Shown here piece after piece: positions 26,247-39,523 of a DNA stretch of 64,000 nucleotides. Where the stretch lies: NCBI GenBank assembly GCA_032718475.1, contig JAUCBJ010007945.1, forward strand, positions 62,001 through 126,000, in the 5' to 3' direction. Numbering within the stretch: position 1 is the first letter of the stretch; every line of letters starts with the position of its first letter. Source of the DNA: Nemertoderma westbladi (Eukaryota; Animalia; Xenacoelomorpha). The notes beneath the pieces were generated by a model, which did not search any database, was not told the origin of the DNA, and saw only the letters and a list, made by a program, of their open reading frames with translations. A program made the position numbers and the translations under genes.

Positions 26247-27830
26247 ATGGATACCGGTAGGCATTGTTCTGACTGCCAGAAGGCAGAATGTGCATTAGAT
26301 CCTGGAGGTAGGATAGTAACTACTAGGCCAATTCCTAAAAACTCTCATTCTAATCTCGATACTTTTGAGGGCAGATTGCTCTGTCAAAGTTGTAAACTGA
26401 AACGCGGAGAACGGCTAACTCCTACAGCTGAAGCTATGTGTGTGGGCAACCGTGACCCACCTAACGCCAACAGCGTTCTGGAAGACGATTCCTCAGACGA
26501 GGATGAGTTGACTCAACTTGAACCTGCCACTTCCAGGCTGGAGTCAGTTGGTCTATCGACCGACAATACGGAAAATCCCAAAGTTATCTGCGAGCTGCTA
26601 TGTTTTGTGCAGTTTCAAATTTCCTCAATGGACAAAACATCACTCGTTTCGGTTGTTTCAAATTTTTACTCCCTCTCTGAGGTAGTGGCTGCCAAAAGAC
26701 TCCTCTTTGATGAAGCGGGTAAATGCGCATCCGCCGATCGTCCTCTGCCTGCGTGGGTGGGTCGGATGGGTAATAAAAAGAAAAAGGCCCACATTAACGA
26801 TATATTTAATCTGTTCAATGAGAGCGCTTTTATCGATATCCCCACGAGACCTATATTTGTTGCGCTAAACACTTCTCGTCTACCCCCTTCCGATAATTTG
26901 TCGGCTAAGGCAGCGGTTAGGGACGAAGAAGTACGTGACCTACGGGATCTGGTTATTTTGCTAAAAGAGAAGGTTTTGATCCACGACTCCCTATTGACCT
27001 CTTCTGTCTGTAGTCGGGAGGATTACTTGAAGCTAAAGCACTATGTTTTAAGTAACAACTCAGTCAACGTTGTGTCTGCTGGGGGAACTCCTGGGTCAGC
27101 TACCGCGTGGAAACACCAAGTCGCCCCTCCTCCTCCGCCAGTGATCCTCGTTGATGGGGATACGGCGGACGGTCTGGATAATGCCCCGCTCCGGGCATAT
27201 AGGGATACTCTGGGACCGGCTCCCGGCAATTACCCCCGTTCCAGTACCGGCCGGCCTCCGCAAGGCTATCGCTCTAGTGAAGTTGGCGCCAACGTCTCGC
27301 TCCGCTCTCGGTCAACTGTACTCAACCATGATCTAGCATTACATTCCGGTTCTACTGGCGGTAATGCTGCAGCCGATTCTAATATTGATGAGGATGGATT
27401 TCGTGTCGTCCGTAATAAAAAGAAATGTGCGGCTCCGCGATTTGGGACAGGCGATTTCTCGTCTGGGGATTTTGCTGATCTCTCGCTGGGCTCACCCTCT
27501 CGGCTAAAGAGGTTCCAGAAAGGAAGGGATCAAATATTTGTATCGCGATTTAAGCCGTATGTATCTGCTGACTTGGTTAAAAACTTCTTATCTGATAAAC
27601 TTAACGTAGAAGTGGATGTTGTTGAGAATCCTAATAAAATCATCAATTCGTATAACTCCTTTATTGTAAGTCCACCTGATGAGTCTTCCTTCTCTACACT
27701 CCTACAGTTGGACTCATGGCCAAAGGGTATAATTGTTAAGCGCTTTTGGCCTGCGCCGCGATCCGGCATCGCCAAACCGACATCCTCACCGCCTTCGACC
27801 CGCAGGGTGGGTGAGTCACCAGTAGCCTGA
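26247..27830 (+). CDS. LINE ORF1 protein
   Basis: First ATG at 26247; CSDC...CQSC cysteine pairs; ELLCFVQ...NFYSLSEVVAAKRLLF and IFVSRF...YNSFIV...WPKGIIVKRF motifs typical of CR1/L2-group ORF1. Confidence 0.78.
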   Translation: MDTGRHCSDCQKAECALDPGGRIVTTRPIPKNSHSNLDTFEGRLLCQSCKLKRGERLTPTAEAMCVGNRDPPNANSVLEDDSSDEDELTQLEPATSRLESVGLSTDNTENPKVICELLCFVQFQISSMDKTSLVSVVSNFYSLSEVVAAKRLLFDEAGKCASADRPLPAWVGRMGNKKKKAHINDIFNLFNESAFIDIPTRPIFVALNTSRLPPSDNLSAKAAVRDEEVRDLRDLVILLKEKVLIHDSLLTSSVCSREDYLKLKHYVLSNNSVNVVSAGGTPGSATAWKHQVAPPPPPVILVDGDTADGLDNAPLRAYRDTLGPAPGNYPRSSTGRPPQGYRSSEVGANVSLRSRSTVLNHDLALHSGSTGGNAAADSNIDEDGFRVVRNKKKCAAPRFGTGDFSSGDFADLSLGSPSRLKRFQKGRDQIFVSRFKPYVSADLVKNFLSDKLNVEVDVVENPNKIINSYNSFIVSPPDESSFSTLLQLDSWPKGIIVKRFWPAPRSGIAKPTSSPPSTRRVGESPVA

Positions 27831-27930
27831 TAGGTTGCTGATATGGTTCTGTATTATATACACAGTATAACTTTTGCTCTCATATACTCTAGAGTGAAAC
27901 TCATCATTGATCATAAACTTAACATTATCA

Positions 27931-30753
27931 ATGGCTATCCTAAACTCACTTAGAATATGTACTTATAACTGCAGTGGCCTGAATAATAACCCGGATGTCA
28001 TTAAGGCTTTATGTGACTCGCATGACGTCGTTTTTTTTACAGGAAACCTGGCTGGTAAAGCAAAAATTGCCCAAATTAAATTCGCTCCATAATGACTTTT
28101 TTAGTTCGGGTGTATCTTCCATCGATTTGGCTGATGGTCCATTGGTCGGCCGTCCTTTTGGCGGGTTGGCTGTTTTATGGCGCAAACATTTATCCAGTTC
28201 AATAAATATAGTCAATATTAATGAAAGAATTATTGGTTGTAATATTAAAAGTACTGACGGTTCTAGCACTCTGTTACTGAATGTATATATGCCTTGTGAA
28301 TCCGTTGATAATTTAGATTTGTATCTAGAGTTATTAGGTGAATGTTCTGCGTACATTGCTGAGCACCCTGGTTCTAAATGTGCTATTTTGGGAGACTTTA
28401 ATACTGCTCTCGATCGACCGTTTGGTAATGAACTGAAATTATTTTGTGATTGTTTTTCATTGATATGGTCAGATTTACATATTCTACCCGATGACACTTT
28501 TTCATTTACCAGCCATGTACATGGCACAGTGTCGTGCTTAGACCACATCGTTTCCACCGCCGACTTTCACTCCTCTATTAGTAATATTACTGTCCTACGT
28601 GATCTTGTTTATGATGAACATTTACCCGTCTCAGTGACTGTATCTTTGCTGCTTAGTGCGTCTACACCAGGCAGTAGTAATAAGGTCACTTTTACCAATA
28701 ACGCAAATTGGGATAAAGCCAGCGGTGAAAATATTTCAAAATATTCTCAAACTGTTGATGAACAACTACGTTTATTACAGTTACCCCTTTCTGCTTTAAC
28801 TTGTTGTGATATTCATTGTAAGAATATTAACCATAAAATGTCACTAACGCATGTCACATGTGTTATACTGATACTATTAATATTCTACATAGCTGTACAT
28901 CAAAATTTATTCCTCAAAAAAAGGGTAATTCAATCTCCAATTGCATTCCTGGCTGGAATGAGTTTGTAAAAGAAAAGCGGGCTGCGGGGCAGGAGGCTTT
29001 TGATATTTGGTGCGAACAAGGGCGGCCTAGGTTTGGGCTTGTATGGGAGGTAAAGAAAAAAACGGCCGCGCAATTTAAATTGGCTCTCTGAAATTGCAAA
29101 CGGGAGGAAGGTGCTTTGCGAGCAGATCGCCTAGCGGCTTCTTTTATTAACTCCAGAAAAGATTTTTGGAGTTCAATAAAGAAAGCAACAACTATTAAAA
29201 TGGGTTTAGCAACCTCTGTCGGCTCCGCCCACACTGAGGAAGAAATAGCCGATTTATTCAAATCTAATTATTATGATATTTTTAATTCAGTCCCTGTATC
29301 TGAAATTGACTCTACTTTTGTGCATTGTAAGTTTTCTGAATGGGACGGCTCCAATAATGTCCATATTTCTGCTGATAAGGTGAAAGATGCCATCAACGGT
29401 CTGCAGTGTGGAAAGGCTGCCGGGCCTGATGGCATCTTCCCTGAAAGTTATATTTTTGGCGGTAACCTTTTGCCAGTAATTTTGTGTTTATTGTTCAATT
29501 AATTTATAACTCATGGGTTTTTGCCTCAATCGTTAATTAATTCTAGTTTTTTGCCTATTATCAAAGATAAAAACGCTAGTATGAGTGAACGTTCGAATTA
29601 CCGACCCATAGCCAAAGCTACAGCTGGCTCTAAGGTTTTGGAAACGTGTTTGCTTCGGCTCGTTGCCATGCATTCCAATATATCTGACAACCAGTTTGGT
29701 TTTGCAGAGGGCCTAGGTACAGAAATGTGTATTTTTGCCTTAAAACAAACAATTCACTTATATATTAGTAAAGACTCACCTGTGTATACTGCCTTCTTAG
29801 ACGCCTCGAAAGCGTTTGACCGCGTCAATCATAGTAAACTTTTTCGAAAGCTAATTGAACTTGGTGTATCTATTGGTATTGTAAGACTCTTGGCCTTTTG
29901 GTAATCCCATCAACTAATTTATATTAGCTGGGGTTCTGCTTCTTCCGGTGCATTTTTGGTTTCAAATGGTGTCCGTCAAGGAAGTTTGCTCAGCCCCCTC
30001 TTATTTAACATTTATATGAATGACTTAAGTGTAGAACTAAACAAATCTAATGTTGGTTGTAAAGTTGGAAAGAGTCTTTTAAATCACTTATTTTACGCAG
30101 ATGACCTGTGTTTACTGTCGCCGAGTATTTTTGGGTTACGTGCACCAGTCAAGATATGTGAGCGTTACGGCGCTAAATTTGATATTTTGTTCAATCCACT
30201 CAAATCACACTGTTTGTATTTTATGCCCTATCGTTTTCACCGTGCAGGCGACATCTATCTCAATGGAAAAGCGTTAGACTGTGTTAAGCAGGTTTCTTAC
30301 TTGGGACACATTATAAGCTGTGACCTTTCTGATGAAGCAGACATAAATAAAATTAAATATTCTTTATTTTGTCGAGGTAATTTGTTAGTTAGAAATTTCT
30401 CTCGGTGTTCTCTTGGTGTTAAACTATGTTTGTTCAAAACTTATTGCTACAGTTTATATTGCAGCTCTTTGTGGTCTATTTTCCGTGTTCAAACTTTGCG
30501 ACAAGTGAAAGTAGCCTATAACATGTGTTTTCGTCTGTTGTTTAAATACTCCCGTAGTGACGATGCAGACACAATTTTTGTTAATAATAGAGTAACTACC
30601 TTTAAGGCCATTATGCGCAAATCTATATTTTCCTTGTTAAATAGAGTAAATAACTCAGGTAATACGCTAATTGGTGTTATTATAACTAATTTTTCAGTGA
30701 ACTCTGTTCTGATTGATCGGTGGCACAAGGTGCTTGATCCAAGTTTAACGTAA
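27931..30753 (+). pseudogene. LINE ORF2 (APE endonuclease and reverse transcriptase) with frameshifts and stops
   Basis: TYNCSGL, LQETWL, NVYMP, GDFN, LDHI; NYRPIA, QFGF, FLDASKAFDRV, GVRQGSLLSPLLFNIY, YADD, YLG; split over several ORFs. Confidence 0.9.
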
Positions 30754-31703
30754 TTATCGTATTCGGAATACATTGTTAAATTTCCTTTATTTTCGTATTT
30801 GGTGTAATTCTACTTTAATGGTGCTGTATTTCTCAAATTTAGTTTAGTTAGTTCTGCCTTGTATGTACAATGGATCGTTTGTGTTCGAGATTATAAATGA
30901 ATAAATAAATCAATAATCGTTACTAAACAGCTGACTAATCTCACTATTAACACCTTCACCTGTTATACACCCAAAATGTTATCTATCTCTTAGCCGTGAG
31001 TAGTTACTGGTAAAATCGTCCCTTTCATTTTCAAACAACCTAAATGACAAAATTGACTTTTCCTGTAAAACAGCATTATTGATTCTAATTTTGTTTGCAA
31101 GTAATTCTCCAGTATTTTGGTCTTATTACTTTTAAATACATTAAATGTAACGATTTTAAACAAAACAGTTTTGGTATTGGAATTATGTAACATATTAGGT
31201 AGGAAACAATGTATAGGGATATAGGTTGTTTAAAAAAATATTAAATTTTTTACAATGATTACTCAAAAGCATTAAAACCCTTAAGACAAATTCGATTATT
31301 AAGTTTTAAAAATATATAACAAATATCCCCCTATCATAATAAACAACAATTATAGCTCCTGACTCGTTGTTTCCTATTTTATATCAACGTTTCCGGGGCT
31401 TACCTTATTTATAATAGTAAAATGTATTATATAGCTTGTTTTAAAAAAAGTTTCGTTATCATGCGGTCTATACAAAACTGGCATATAGGTGGTTTTGAAA
31501 CGTTAAATATCTCAGTTATACGTGGGACTTAGGGATTTTGGAGGTTGGATTTAGTGTATACTTGACTGGGACTGCTGTACTTGATACTTCATCTGTTTCA
31601 GCAGTTGCTTAGTAGCCTACTGCCCTAACTGTCTGACAGTTGTTATAACTGCCACAAAACCACTATAATTTTGAAGGATTCTTAGAAGTTCTAAAAGCTA
31701 AAC

Positions 31704-34646
31704 ATGAGAATGCAGCGCACCCCACCGCGCCGCTTAACACGCAGTCGGGGCCCTGCGCCAACACCCAATGACGCCCCAACCAGGAAACCCCGACCACTGA
31801 AAGCTAGTCGCGGTTCAAGAATCTCCCCTGGCAATGGACACGCTGCATCTATCTGCGCCAAGGTCCGTCACAGTCCACCAACCTCTACCAATATCGGACG
31901 CGGTTCACCGATCCATACAGAGGCCGGACGCGTTTCACCGACCCCTATAGAGGCCGGACGCGTTTCACTGATCCCTACAGAGGTCGGACGCGTTTCACTG
32001 ATCCCTACAGAAGTAGGAAGCGGTTCACCGATCCCTACAGAGGCCGGACGCGTTTCACTGATCCCTACCGAGGTTGGACGCGGTTCACCGATCCCTACAG
32101 AGGCCGGACGCGTTTCATCGATCCCTACAGAGGTCGGACGCGTCTAACCGATCCCTACAGAGGTCGGACGCGTTCCAACGATCCCTACAGACGCCAGACA
32201 TGGTTCACCGATCCCTACCGAGGTCGGACGCGGTTCACCGACCCCTACAGATGCCGGACGCGGTTCACCGATCCCCACAGAGTTTGGACGCGGTCCACTG
32301 ATCCCCACAGAGGTCGGACGCGGTTCAGCGATCCCTACCAAGGTCAGACCCGGTTCACCAATCCCTACAGAGGTCGGACTCGTTACACCGATCCCTACAG
32401 AGGTCGGACGCATTTCACCGATCCCTACTGATGATGGATGCGGTTCACCGATCCCTACAGAGGCCGGGCGCGCACCTCTGATCCCTACCGAGGTCGGACA
32501 CGGTTCACTGATCCCTACAGAGGCCGGACATGTTTCATTGATCCCTACAGAGGTCGGACACGTTTCAACGATCCCTATGGATGCCGGACGCAGTTCACCC
32601 ATCCCTACAGATGCCGGACATGGCTCACCGATCCCTACAGATGCCGGACATGGCTCACCGATCCCTACCGAGATCGGACGCGGTTCACCGACCCCTACTG
32701 ATGCAGGAAGTGGTCCACCGATCCCTGCAGAGGTCGGATGAGGTCCACTGATCCCCACAGAGGTTGGGCGCGGTTCAGCGATCCCTACAGAGGTCGGATG
32801 TGCTTCACCGATCCCTACAGATGTCAGACGTGGTTCACCGATCCCTTCTGAGGTCAGGCACGGTTCACCTATTCACCTATCCCTACAGAGGTCGGACTCG
32901 TTTCACCGATCCCTACAGAGGTCGGATGCGGTTCACCAATCCCTACAGAGGTCGGACGCGGTTCACCGATCCCTACCGAGGCTGGACGCGGTTCACCGAT
33001 CCCTACAGAGGCCGGATGCGTTTCATCGATCCCTACAGAGGTCGGACGCGTTTCACCGATCCCTACAGAGGTTGGACGCATTTCAACAATCCCTGCAGAG
33101 GCCGGACGTGGCTCACCAATCCCTACAGAGGCCGGACGCGGTTCACCGATCCCTACAGACGCCGGACGTGGTTTACCAATCCCTACAGAGGCCGGACGCG
33201 TTTCACCGATCCCTACAGAGGCTGGGCGCGGTTCACCGATCCCTACAGATGCCGGATGTGGTTCACATATCCCTACTGAGGTCGGACATGGTTCACCGAT
33301 CCCTACCAAGGTCGGACGTGGTTCACATATCCCCACTGAGGTCGGACGTGGCTCAGCCATCCCTACCGAGGTCGAATGCAGTTCACCGATCCCTACAGAT
33401 GCCGGACGTGGTTCACCGATCCATACAGAGCTTGGACACGGTTCCTACAGACATTGGATGCGGTTTACCGATCCCTACAGAGGCTGGACGCGGTTCACCG
33501 ATCCCAACAGAGGCCAGACACGGTTCACCGATCCCGACAGAGGCCGGACGCGGTTCATCATTACCCCCCGAGGTCCATCGCGGCTCAAGAATCAGAACAA
33601 AGCCAGGTCATGGTGCTAGTATCAGAACCAAGATTGGACAAGTTCCAGACTCTGTACCAATGGTGGATGCTAATCCCACCAACAATGTGGCCCACGCCCA
33701 CACAATTTCCAAAACTAAAACTCCTATTGTACTTGATATAACAATTAATAACCCCCCGGACCAATCACACACCCCCATAACGATAGCCATATGCACACCT
33801 GCCAATATAGACATTGTGAATCAACCTGACTGGGACAGCTGTGAGCGGCAAGGTAATCCGACAGTGGGTGACTGTTCATATCTTCCACATTCTCCTACAC
33901 TAGCTGCACACAACACAGTTGTTGTTGAGGAGATCAGCGAAGAAGACAACAATGTCACATTCATTAGGATGGTAAGCAGTAACGTTGGCCCAGCTACCAA
34001 CTTCTATCCAGACATTATTGAGGAAATCAATGATGAGGCAGTGATACTTGCAGCAACAACGCGACCAATTGCCAAAGGACTGGTTCTTCTACGAGACAAC
34101 GACCCTGACTGGCGTTATTTAAACCTACGAGAGGAGCTCTCCACAGTTATTGTAGACTCTTTTCTGTCAATATTAGAAAGAAAACTTCCCCATATAGCAT
34201 GCATAGACTCGTCACTCTGCAGTGAAATTCTGATACAAGAAAATTTTGACTTGGCTAGTGCCATCAGGTATATCATGTCCATCTGCTGTATTGAATCAAA
34301 GAAGCTTCTGTTCTTCCCAGACTGTGGCAAGCAACACTTTTTTCTGCATGTAGCCAATGTCCTGCTTCGAAAAGCCTATACAATGTGCAGTATCACCAAA
34401 GTGAAAGCAACAACAGATAAAACTCACATTATATGTAATATACTAAACTTAATCAGCAGTACAAATGATACATCAGGATGCAACCAGCAGTGGCCGGTTG
34501 ACATCAACCGCAGACGACAATTCCCAGGACAGAGGAACAGCTATGACTGTGGGGTCTATCTTTGTCTATATGCCCTTGCCAAGACTACCGATTCTACACG
34601 ATTACAATCTGAAAAGTCCAGTAGTATACCGCTTATCGGATCCTAG
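31704..34646 (+). pseudogene. Ulp1/SENP (C48)-like cysteine protease with long N-terminal decapeptide repeat, disrupted by stops and frameshifts
   Basis: C-terminal LSTVIVDSFL...LFFPDCGKQHFFLHV...FPGQRNSYDCGVYLCLYA (His and QxNxxDCG); stops at 32145-32147 and 32739-32741 inside the repeat; no introns seen. Confidence 0.7.
31890..33560 (+). repeat. 30-bp degenerate tandem repeat encoding PIPTE(A/V)GR(G/V)S, about 55 copies
   Basis: Unit CCGATCCCTACAGAGGTCGGACGCGGTTCA with many substitutions. Confidence 0.93.
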
Positions 34647-36132
34647 TAACGATGTATCTTACCGTAAGATCCAGTAGTGTATACGGGCTCGTACAGTATC
34701 TGACAATAAATCCCAGTCCAGGGTGTCTAAATAAACAGATACTAAATACGCGAACTACTACTGGCGAGGAACAGAGCCTGGTGTCTATTCTAATACATGG
34801 GCGAGTCAAATGCCCGGCGAACTAGACAAAACAGGATACCCGTCCTCTAACCGGTGAGGCAGATGTACAGTCTACGGTGACAGACCGGTAGCAGAAATAC
34901 TCCTTGCCTGATCAAATATCGCGGGCTCAGGCAGGGTTGTGGGTACTAATGTATAAGCTACAAAGTGAACCGGTACAGAACTGTCAGTACTACAAATCAC
35001 TAAATTATGGAACATATTCTGTCTGTACCTAAAGTGTATTTGCGTACTGACGAACAGCAATAGGACACACCTGTAGGAAATACAGGTTAATCCGGGGATT
35101 TTTAGTACGGGTTCTGCCTGAATCTGAGCTATTTGATCCTAAATTTTGCGGCGTCCCAGGACAGCTTCACGCTTACCCTGATCTATAGGTCTTACGGCGG
35201 GCAAGGGCGTCAAACAAAGTCTTACCTTCCTCTGAAACGGGCGCTGCATGGCAAAGGTGGCGTATTTGGAAGGGGGGGGGGGGGGGTGCGTGGGCTATTC
35301 TAATGTGGGCGCTTAGCATGTTGTGGACATCTTCTCCCTGCGTTGCTGATGGCCTAACAGTTTAAGCAGCCATCTCCCAAATGTTTGGCTGTCCCAATGG
35401 TGGACAAGACAAAATATACATGTTCAAAGTTTACAGTATATTTATGTAATTTACAAAAGATTTATCAAAGTTCAAGTTAATGTAACTAGAAAGGGTATAC
35501 AAGATTAACAAGATAAGTTAAGGAAAATAGTGTAGGGTAATAAGATAACTTAATGGTGTTAGTAAGTGATAACCGAAGGCAAACCGGCCCTTATATAGCA
35601 AATCTGGGACATAGAATTCACTAGAACCTTCCAGAGCATTCCATGGCCTCACATTGGAGCAATAAGATGTTCTATGCCCTATGATTGGCCCAACTCGTCA
35701 TTCCACATGTTGTACGCACCTCAATGGCTTATCTAATCAATCAGATTGAAAATAAATAGCCCAAAAATGCAAGCGTCTTCCTCGGAAGGTTCTCCTCTAT
35801 TTCTATGAGTTGCCGCAATGGCTCGTCTATTATCGCGGACTCGCTCGGATCCTCATCATCATGATGAGTGGTAGGCTTGCGAGCCTTCCAGGATCCTTCC
35901 GGGCCTTTGAACTCCGCGTGGAGTTCCCCGTCGTAGGGTACTAACGTCAACATCAACGGTCTGTCGACCTTGCTTCTTGCGTGATTTAGATAAATGTCCC
36001 TAAAAACGCTAAGTCCCGCTTGCGTGAAAACTTCGCAGTGCGCATCGGTGTTATAAAAGGGTTGGAGAAATCAGCAGAATACATCAGTATGCGTCCTAGA
36101 CACTTCGAGTCCTGGACTTAGAGTCCTAGACA

Positions 36133-36740
36133 CTACATCACAATGAAGCACACGTTCACTGAAGATTCAATCGCCAAATAGTATTGCAAGATTATTCGTG
36201 GAGGTGAGGTAATTGCCCAATACACGCAACCTCGCCAGTTCAACTGTGACTCAAACTCGGTTACGCCAGGGGTATCTCCCTCACCATATATGTCCATGTA
36301 TTTGCTCCTCTTACTCTCTTTATAGTCCCAACTGAACATTAGATATGAGATATAACCCATTCCAGTTTTTAGCGTGTTATACTCCCTGAAATATCCTTGC
36401 TCGATAGCCCAAAGCAACAATGGTCTAGTATCCACGTAAGGCGTAGGCAATCGATCCTCCTCCTCGGGCATTCCTGCGAAATCGCTAATAAGGTCCTCCC
36501 GTACACCGGATCCGATCTTGACGATACTCTTATTATGTACAATGTCATGCACGGCCTTTGGCAACATCCTAGCTTCTATGCTACAAGCCAGGTCCATGGA
36601 TTTAATTATCCGTTTTATCATCGCGTGTCTTTGCATCGTTACTTCCGGCATAGGCATCTTTCTATCGCTCCTCTGTCGGCTGAAGATGTGTAGCACTCTG
36701 TCAGGTGCTCGAATCTGTATGGTCTTCGTTACGTTCTACT
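36133..36740 (-). pseudogene. Remnant of the accessory 3'-5' exonuclease ORF (homologue of 7422-10022 and 59549-62095)
   Basis: Shares LP..V..(L/I)V..KS..K(I/V)GS..RED, VDT..LL, K(S/T)G.GY and YxxxE with the two intact ORFs. Confidence 0.75.
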
Positions 36741-38247
36741 AGATGAAGCACAAATAGAGGTTAGATGTGAGGAGACTTAGAGTTTTGTCGGCTTTTGGCT
36801 CAACTTTGCTCTAAAACCCCTACCCATTTGCCTAATGACTTCGGGTTTTGCGTGATTTCGCACTGGCTCCTAATTCAAAAAAATGGGCCGATAAAAAACG
36901 AATTCCGGGTAAACTAGCCGCGAGTCTAAAATACTCACCTTTTAATTTCCCAAACTACTTTCCCAAAGAAAAATAGTGCAGTCGAGAATTAATTTGGTCT
37001 AAAATAATAGTAGACACGACTACGTATAACAAGGCCGATTTTCTTTTCCAAAAAAAAAATTTATCGGTAGGCTCGCAAGCCTTCCATCCGCTCTTGTCCT
37101 TCCCAATTTTAATTTTTATCTAGCTGTATCCTAGAATTCGCATCCACTGGAGAATCGTTTTTTTTAATTTAAATCCAACCAAATGGATTTGTCTAATAAT
37201 TTTTGAAAAATTGTCTCACTTGTGGGTTCCAAGTGGAATTCCATTCCCACTGTACACACAATCCCGCTCCTATGTGATACATAAGGGTACTACCCTCCAT
37301 GTTCACATATAAAGACAATGGAATTCCACCGCTGCCTTTATCTACAGTGAAGAGGAATACAAATGTACATACAGTAATACAAAATACCAAATCGCTAAAA
37401 TACAGTAAGGCTATGTGGCGACCATCAAGGGTCCCACATCTTTATTTACTAAGATTGGGTGGAGATTTGTAGTCTCCTGTCTCATTTCTAGTCTCCTCAA
37501 GGAGCACGAGACGTTGTACAGGCCTATCTACGGTACGTCCGTCAATAGTCCGTACAGTAACTGTCCTTACTACACCAGATGTAGGGTGCGTGGTCAAAAT
37601 GACTCCAGTCAGCCAAAACCGTCTTTTCAGATTGGTTTCAGCCAATAAAACGTGGTCACCTCGTCTCAAACATCGGGTATTAAGATACCAAGAGGTTCTG
37701 GCCGAAATAGAGGGCTAATAGTGCTTCTGCCATATTTCCCAGAATTTGTTAGCTAACAACTGAGTGATTTTCCAAGCTTTGTTGCCGTATCCATCGCTAT
37801 CGACAGGTACCAAAGTGGGCAACAATGTCGTCGGCGCCTGCATAAGCAGGTGCGCTGGTGTCAAGGCAAACTGTGAGTCATTGTTGTCTGGGATCAAAGC
37901 GATTGGTCTAGTATTCAAAACCGCTTCGATTTCTAATAACATCATCAGTTGGTCGTCTGTCAAGATGCGTTGCATCGGTATTACTTTCGCCATAGCCATC
38001 TTAATTGACCCAATCAGTCTTTCCCAAACGCCACCTCTCCACAGACTGTCAGAAGTGTTAAAGCTCCAGACAATATGGTGAGGACGTAGTTCTTCGGAAA
38101 TCTGGTTTTGGTCCAACTTCTTTAAGGCTCTGGTGATTTCATCCGTGCATCCACAAAGTTAGTCCCTTGGTCGCAACAAATGGATTTGACCAATCCACAT
38201 CTAGCGATAAATCGTCGTAAGGCTAGGATAGAGGCGTTGGTGGTTAA
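36133..38247 (-). mobile_element. Decayed BEL/Pao element (family C): integrase remnant followed by an exonuclease-ORF remnant
   Basis: Minus strand: LALRRFIARCG, GGVWERLIGSIK, LNTRPI, LTPAHLL, GDHVLL, RPVQRLVLLE (37442-38247); downstream LPKAVHDIVHNKSIVKIGSGVREDL...YVDTRPLL...YLAIE (36133-36740). Confidence 0.8.
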
Positions 38248-38774
38248 AAAGCCACATAGAAAGGTTAGAGGTCAAACCACCTCAGAGGGAATACAGCTAG
38301 TAAAGGCTAGCAGTGGGGGGAAACACTCCCAGAGAGTACCAGGGTGACAAGTAGTATATTAGCCAATAGAGGGGAGGGAAGCACGTGATAGGGAACAGGA
38401 AAGCATCCATTGGGTAGAAGGCCAAAGTAGAGTAAGAAAGTAGAGTAAGAGGTAAAAGCAATATTCAATCTGTTAATCATACTGTATATTATCAGTCTAT
38501 ACCGGTTTACCAATCAGTTGTGCTATTCAGTCTATTTAGGGCAGACCGGCAATAGTTTTAGACCGTCATCGGCACCACCATACCGGTAAATATTTTATCT
38601 GTATCTTCTGCATCTATTAATCTGTGCTATCATCGCGTACCTTAATTAATATCAAAGACAACAGCAACTCATACTGTTTTCCTAGTCGGCTTCGGCCAAA
38701 GTCAGTAACACAATCCCTAGCAGAACAGTGACGCGTACTTCAACAACCCGGTCGGGATCTTTGATCCCGTCACA
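38248..38774 (+). repeat. Solo or partial LTR related to the family B LTR
   Basis: Ends GATCCCGTCACA like 50762 and 63332; shares CCAAT-AGAGGGG and GACGCGT...AACAAC segments; left boundary uncertain. Confidence 0.6.
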
Positions 38775-39022
38775 ATTTTGCGATTATGGTTTCTGTTGTT
38801 GTATATTAAAGCATATTTTTGTCATAAATAATATATAAAATCACCTATTCCAAGGTGTAATCATCAACTTGATTACATTGCAATTATCGTACCTACTATA
38901 GTCCACGCCTGCTGCTCTCGGTTTTTAAAACCTCTTGGACTGCATCTTATCTAGCTCTCTCTATCTTTGCTCTCTAGGGTTTTCTCACTGTTTCTAACTG
39001 ATATCTATCCTTCATTCTCTAG

Positions 39023-39149
39023 GGTTTTCTCACTGCGATGAGACAAGAAATTACCAGAGCTCACAAGGGATGGGCCTTGGATTCAGTGGTGCTTGCTAAT
39101 GATGTTACCAAGATGATGAAAGAAGATGTGAATAATCCCCCTGGAGAAG
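39023..39149 (+). CDS. DNAH5: Dynein heavy chain exon
   Basis: ttctctag|GGT...GAAG|gtattg; [42 protein letters not shown](G); CTAAC branch point at 38994-38998; phase 0/1. Confidence 0.93.
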
Positions 39150-39523
39150 GTATTGTTATACCCTGTATTTCCCCGGAACACTTTAAACATAAACAGCCCC
39201 GTTTGCATAGATTGTCTATATACCTTGATCCACTTAAATAGTGTAGCTCGTCCCTTGGCTTTTTGTTTTAAGGAGCCCGCCCCTTGTGATATGTTGACTT
39301 TGTCGGTGCAAATGGCAGGCTGCGGCTGCAAGTATCGGGGGCCGTTTTAACTTTGAATTATTTCTGCTTATTATTCCAGTTGCGTCAAGTACAAAGGGTG
39401 TACAGTGAGTGCTTAAGGAGTCCAAGATTATGTAAACCTTAACTCACAAAAATTTTTGTTTGAAATTTTTTTGATAAAGATTTATAATTATTTATTGATT
39501 CTTTTTTTAATGTAGTTTTTTCT

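Larger units (their letters stand above)
26170..30910 (+). mobile_element. Near full-length two-ORF non-LTR retrotransposon (CR1/L2-group LINE), ORF2 disrupted
   Basis: ORF1 followed by an APE-RT ORF2 and a short 3' UTR ending in (AATA)n at about 30895-30910; 5' boundary approximate and no TSD identified. Confidence 0.85.

Noticed and set aside
35300-35960. Possible 3' LTR of family C (minus-strand CCAAT and TATATAA)
   Set aside because: No PPT, termini or partner LTR could be fixed.
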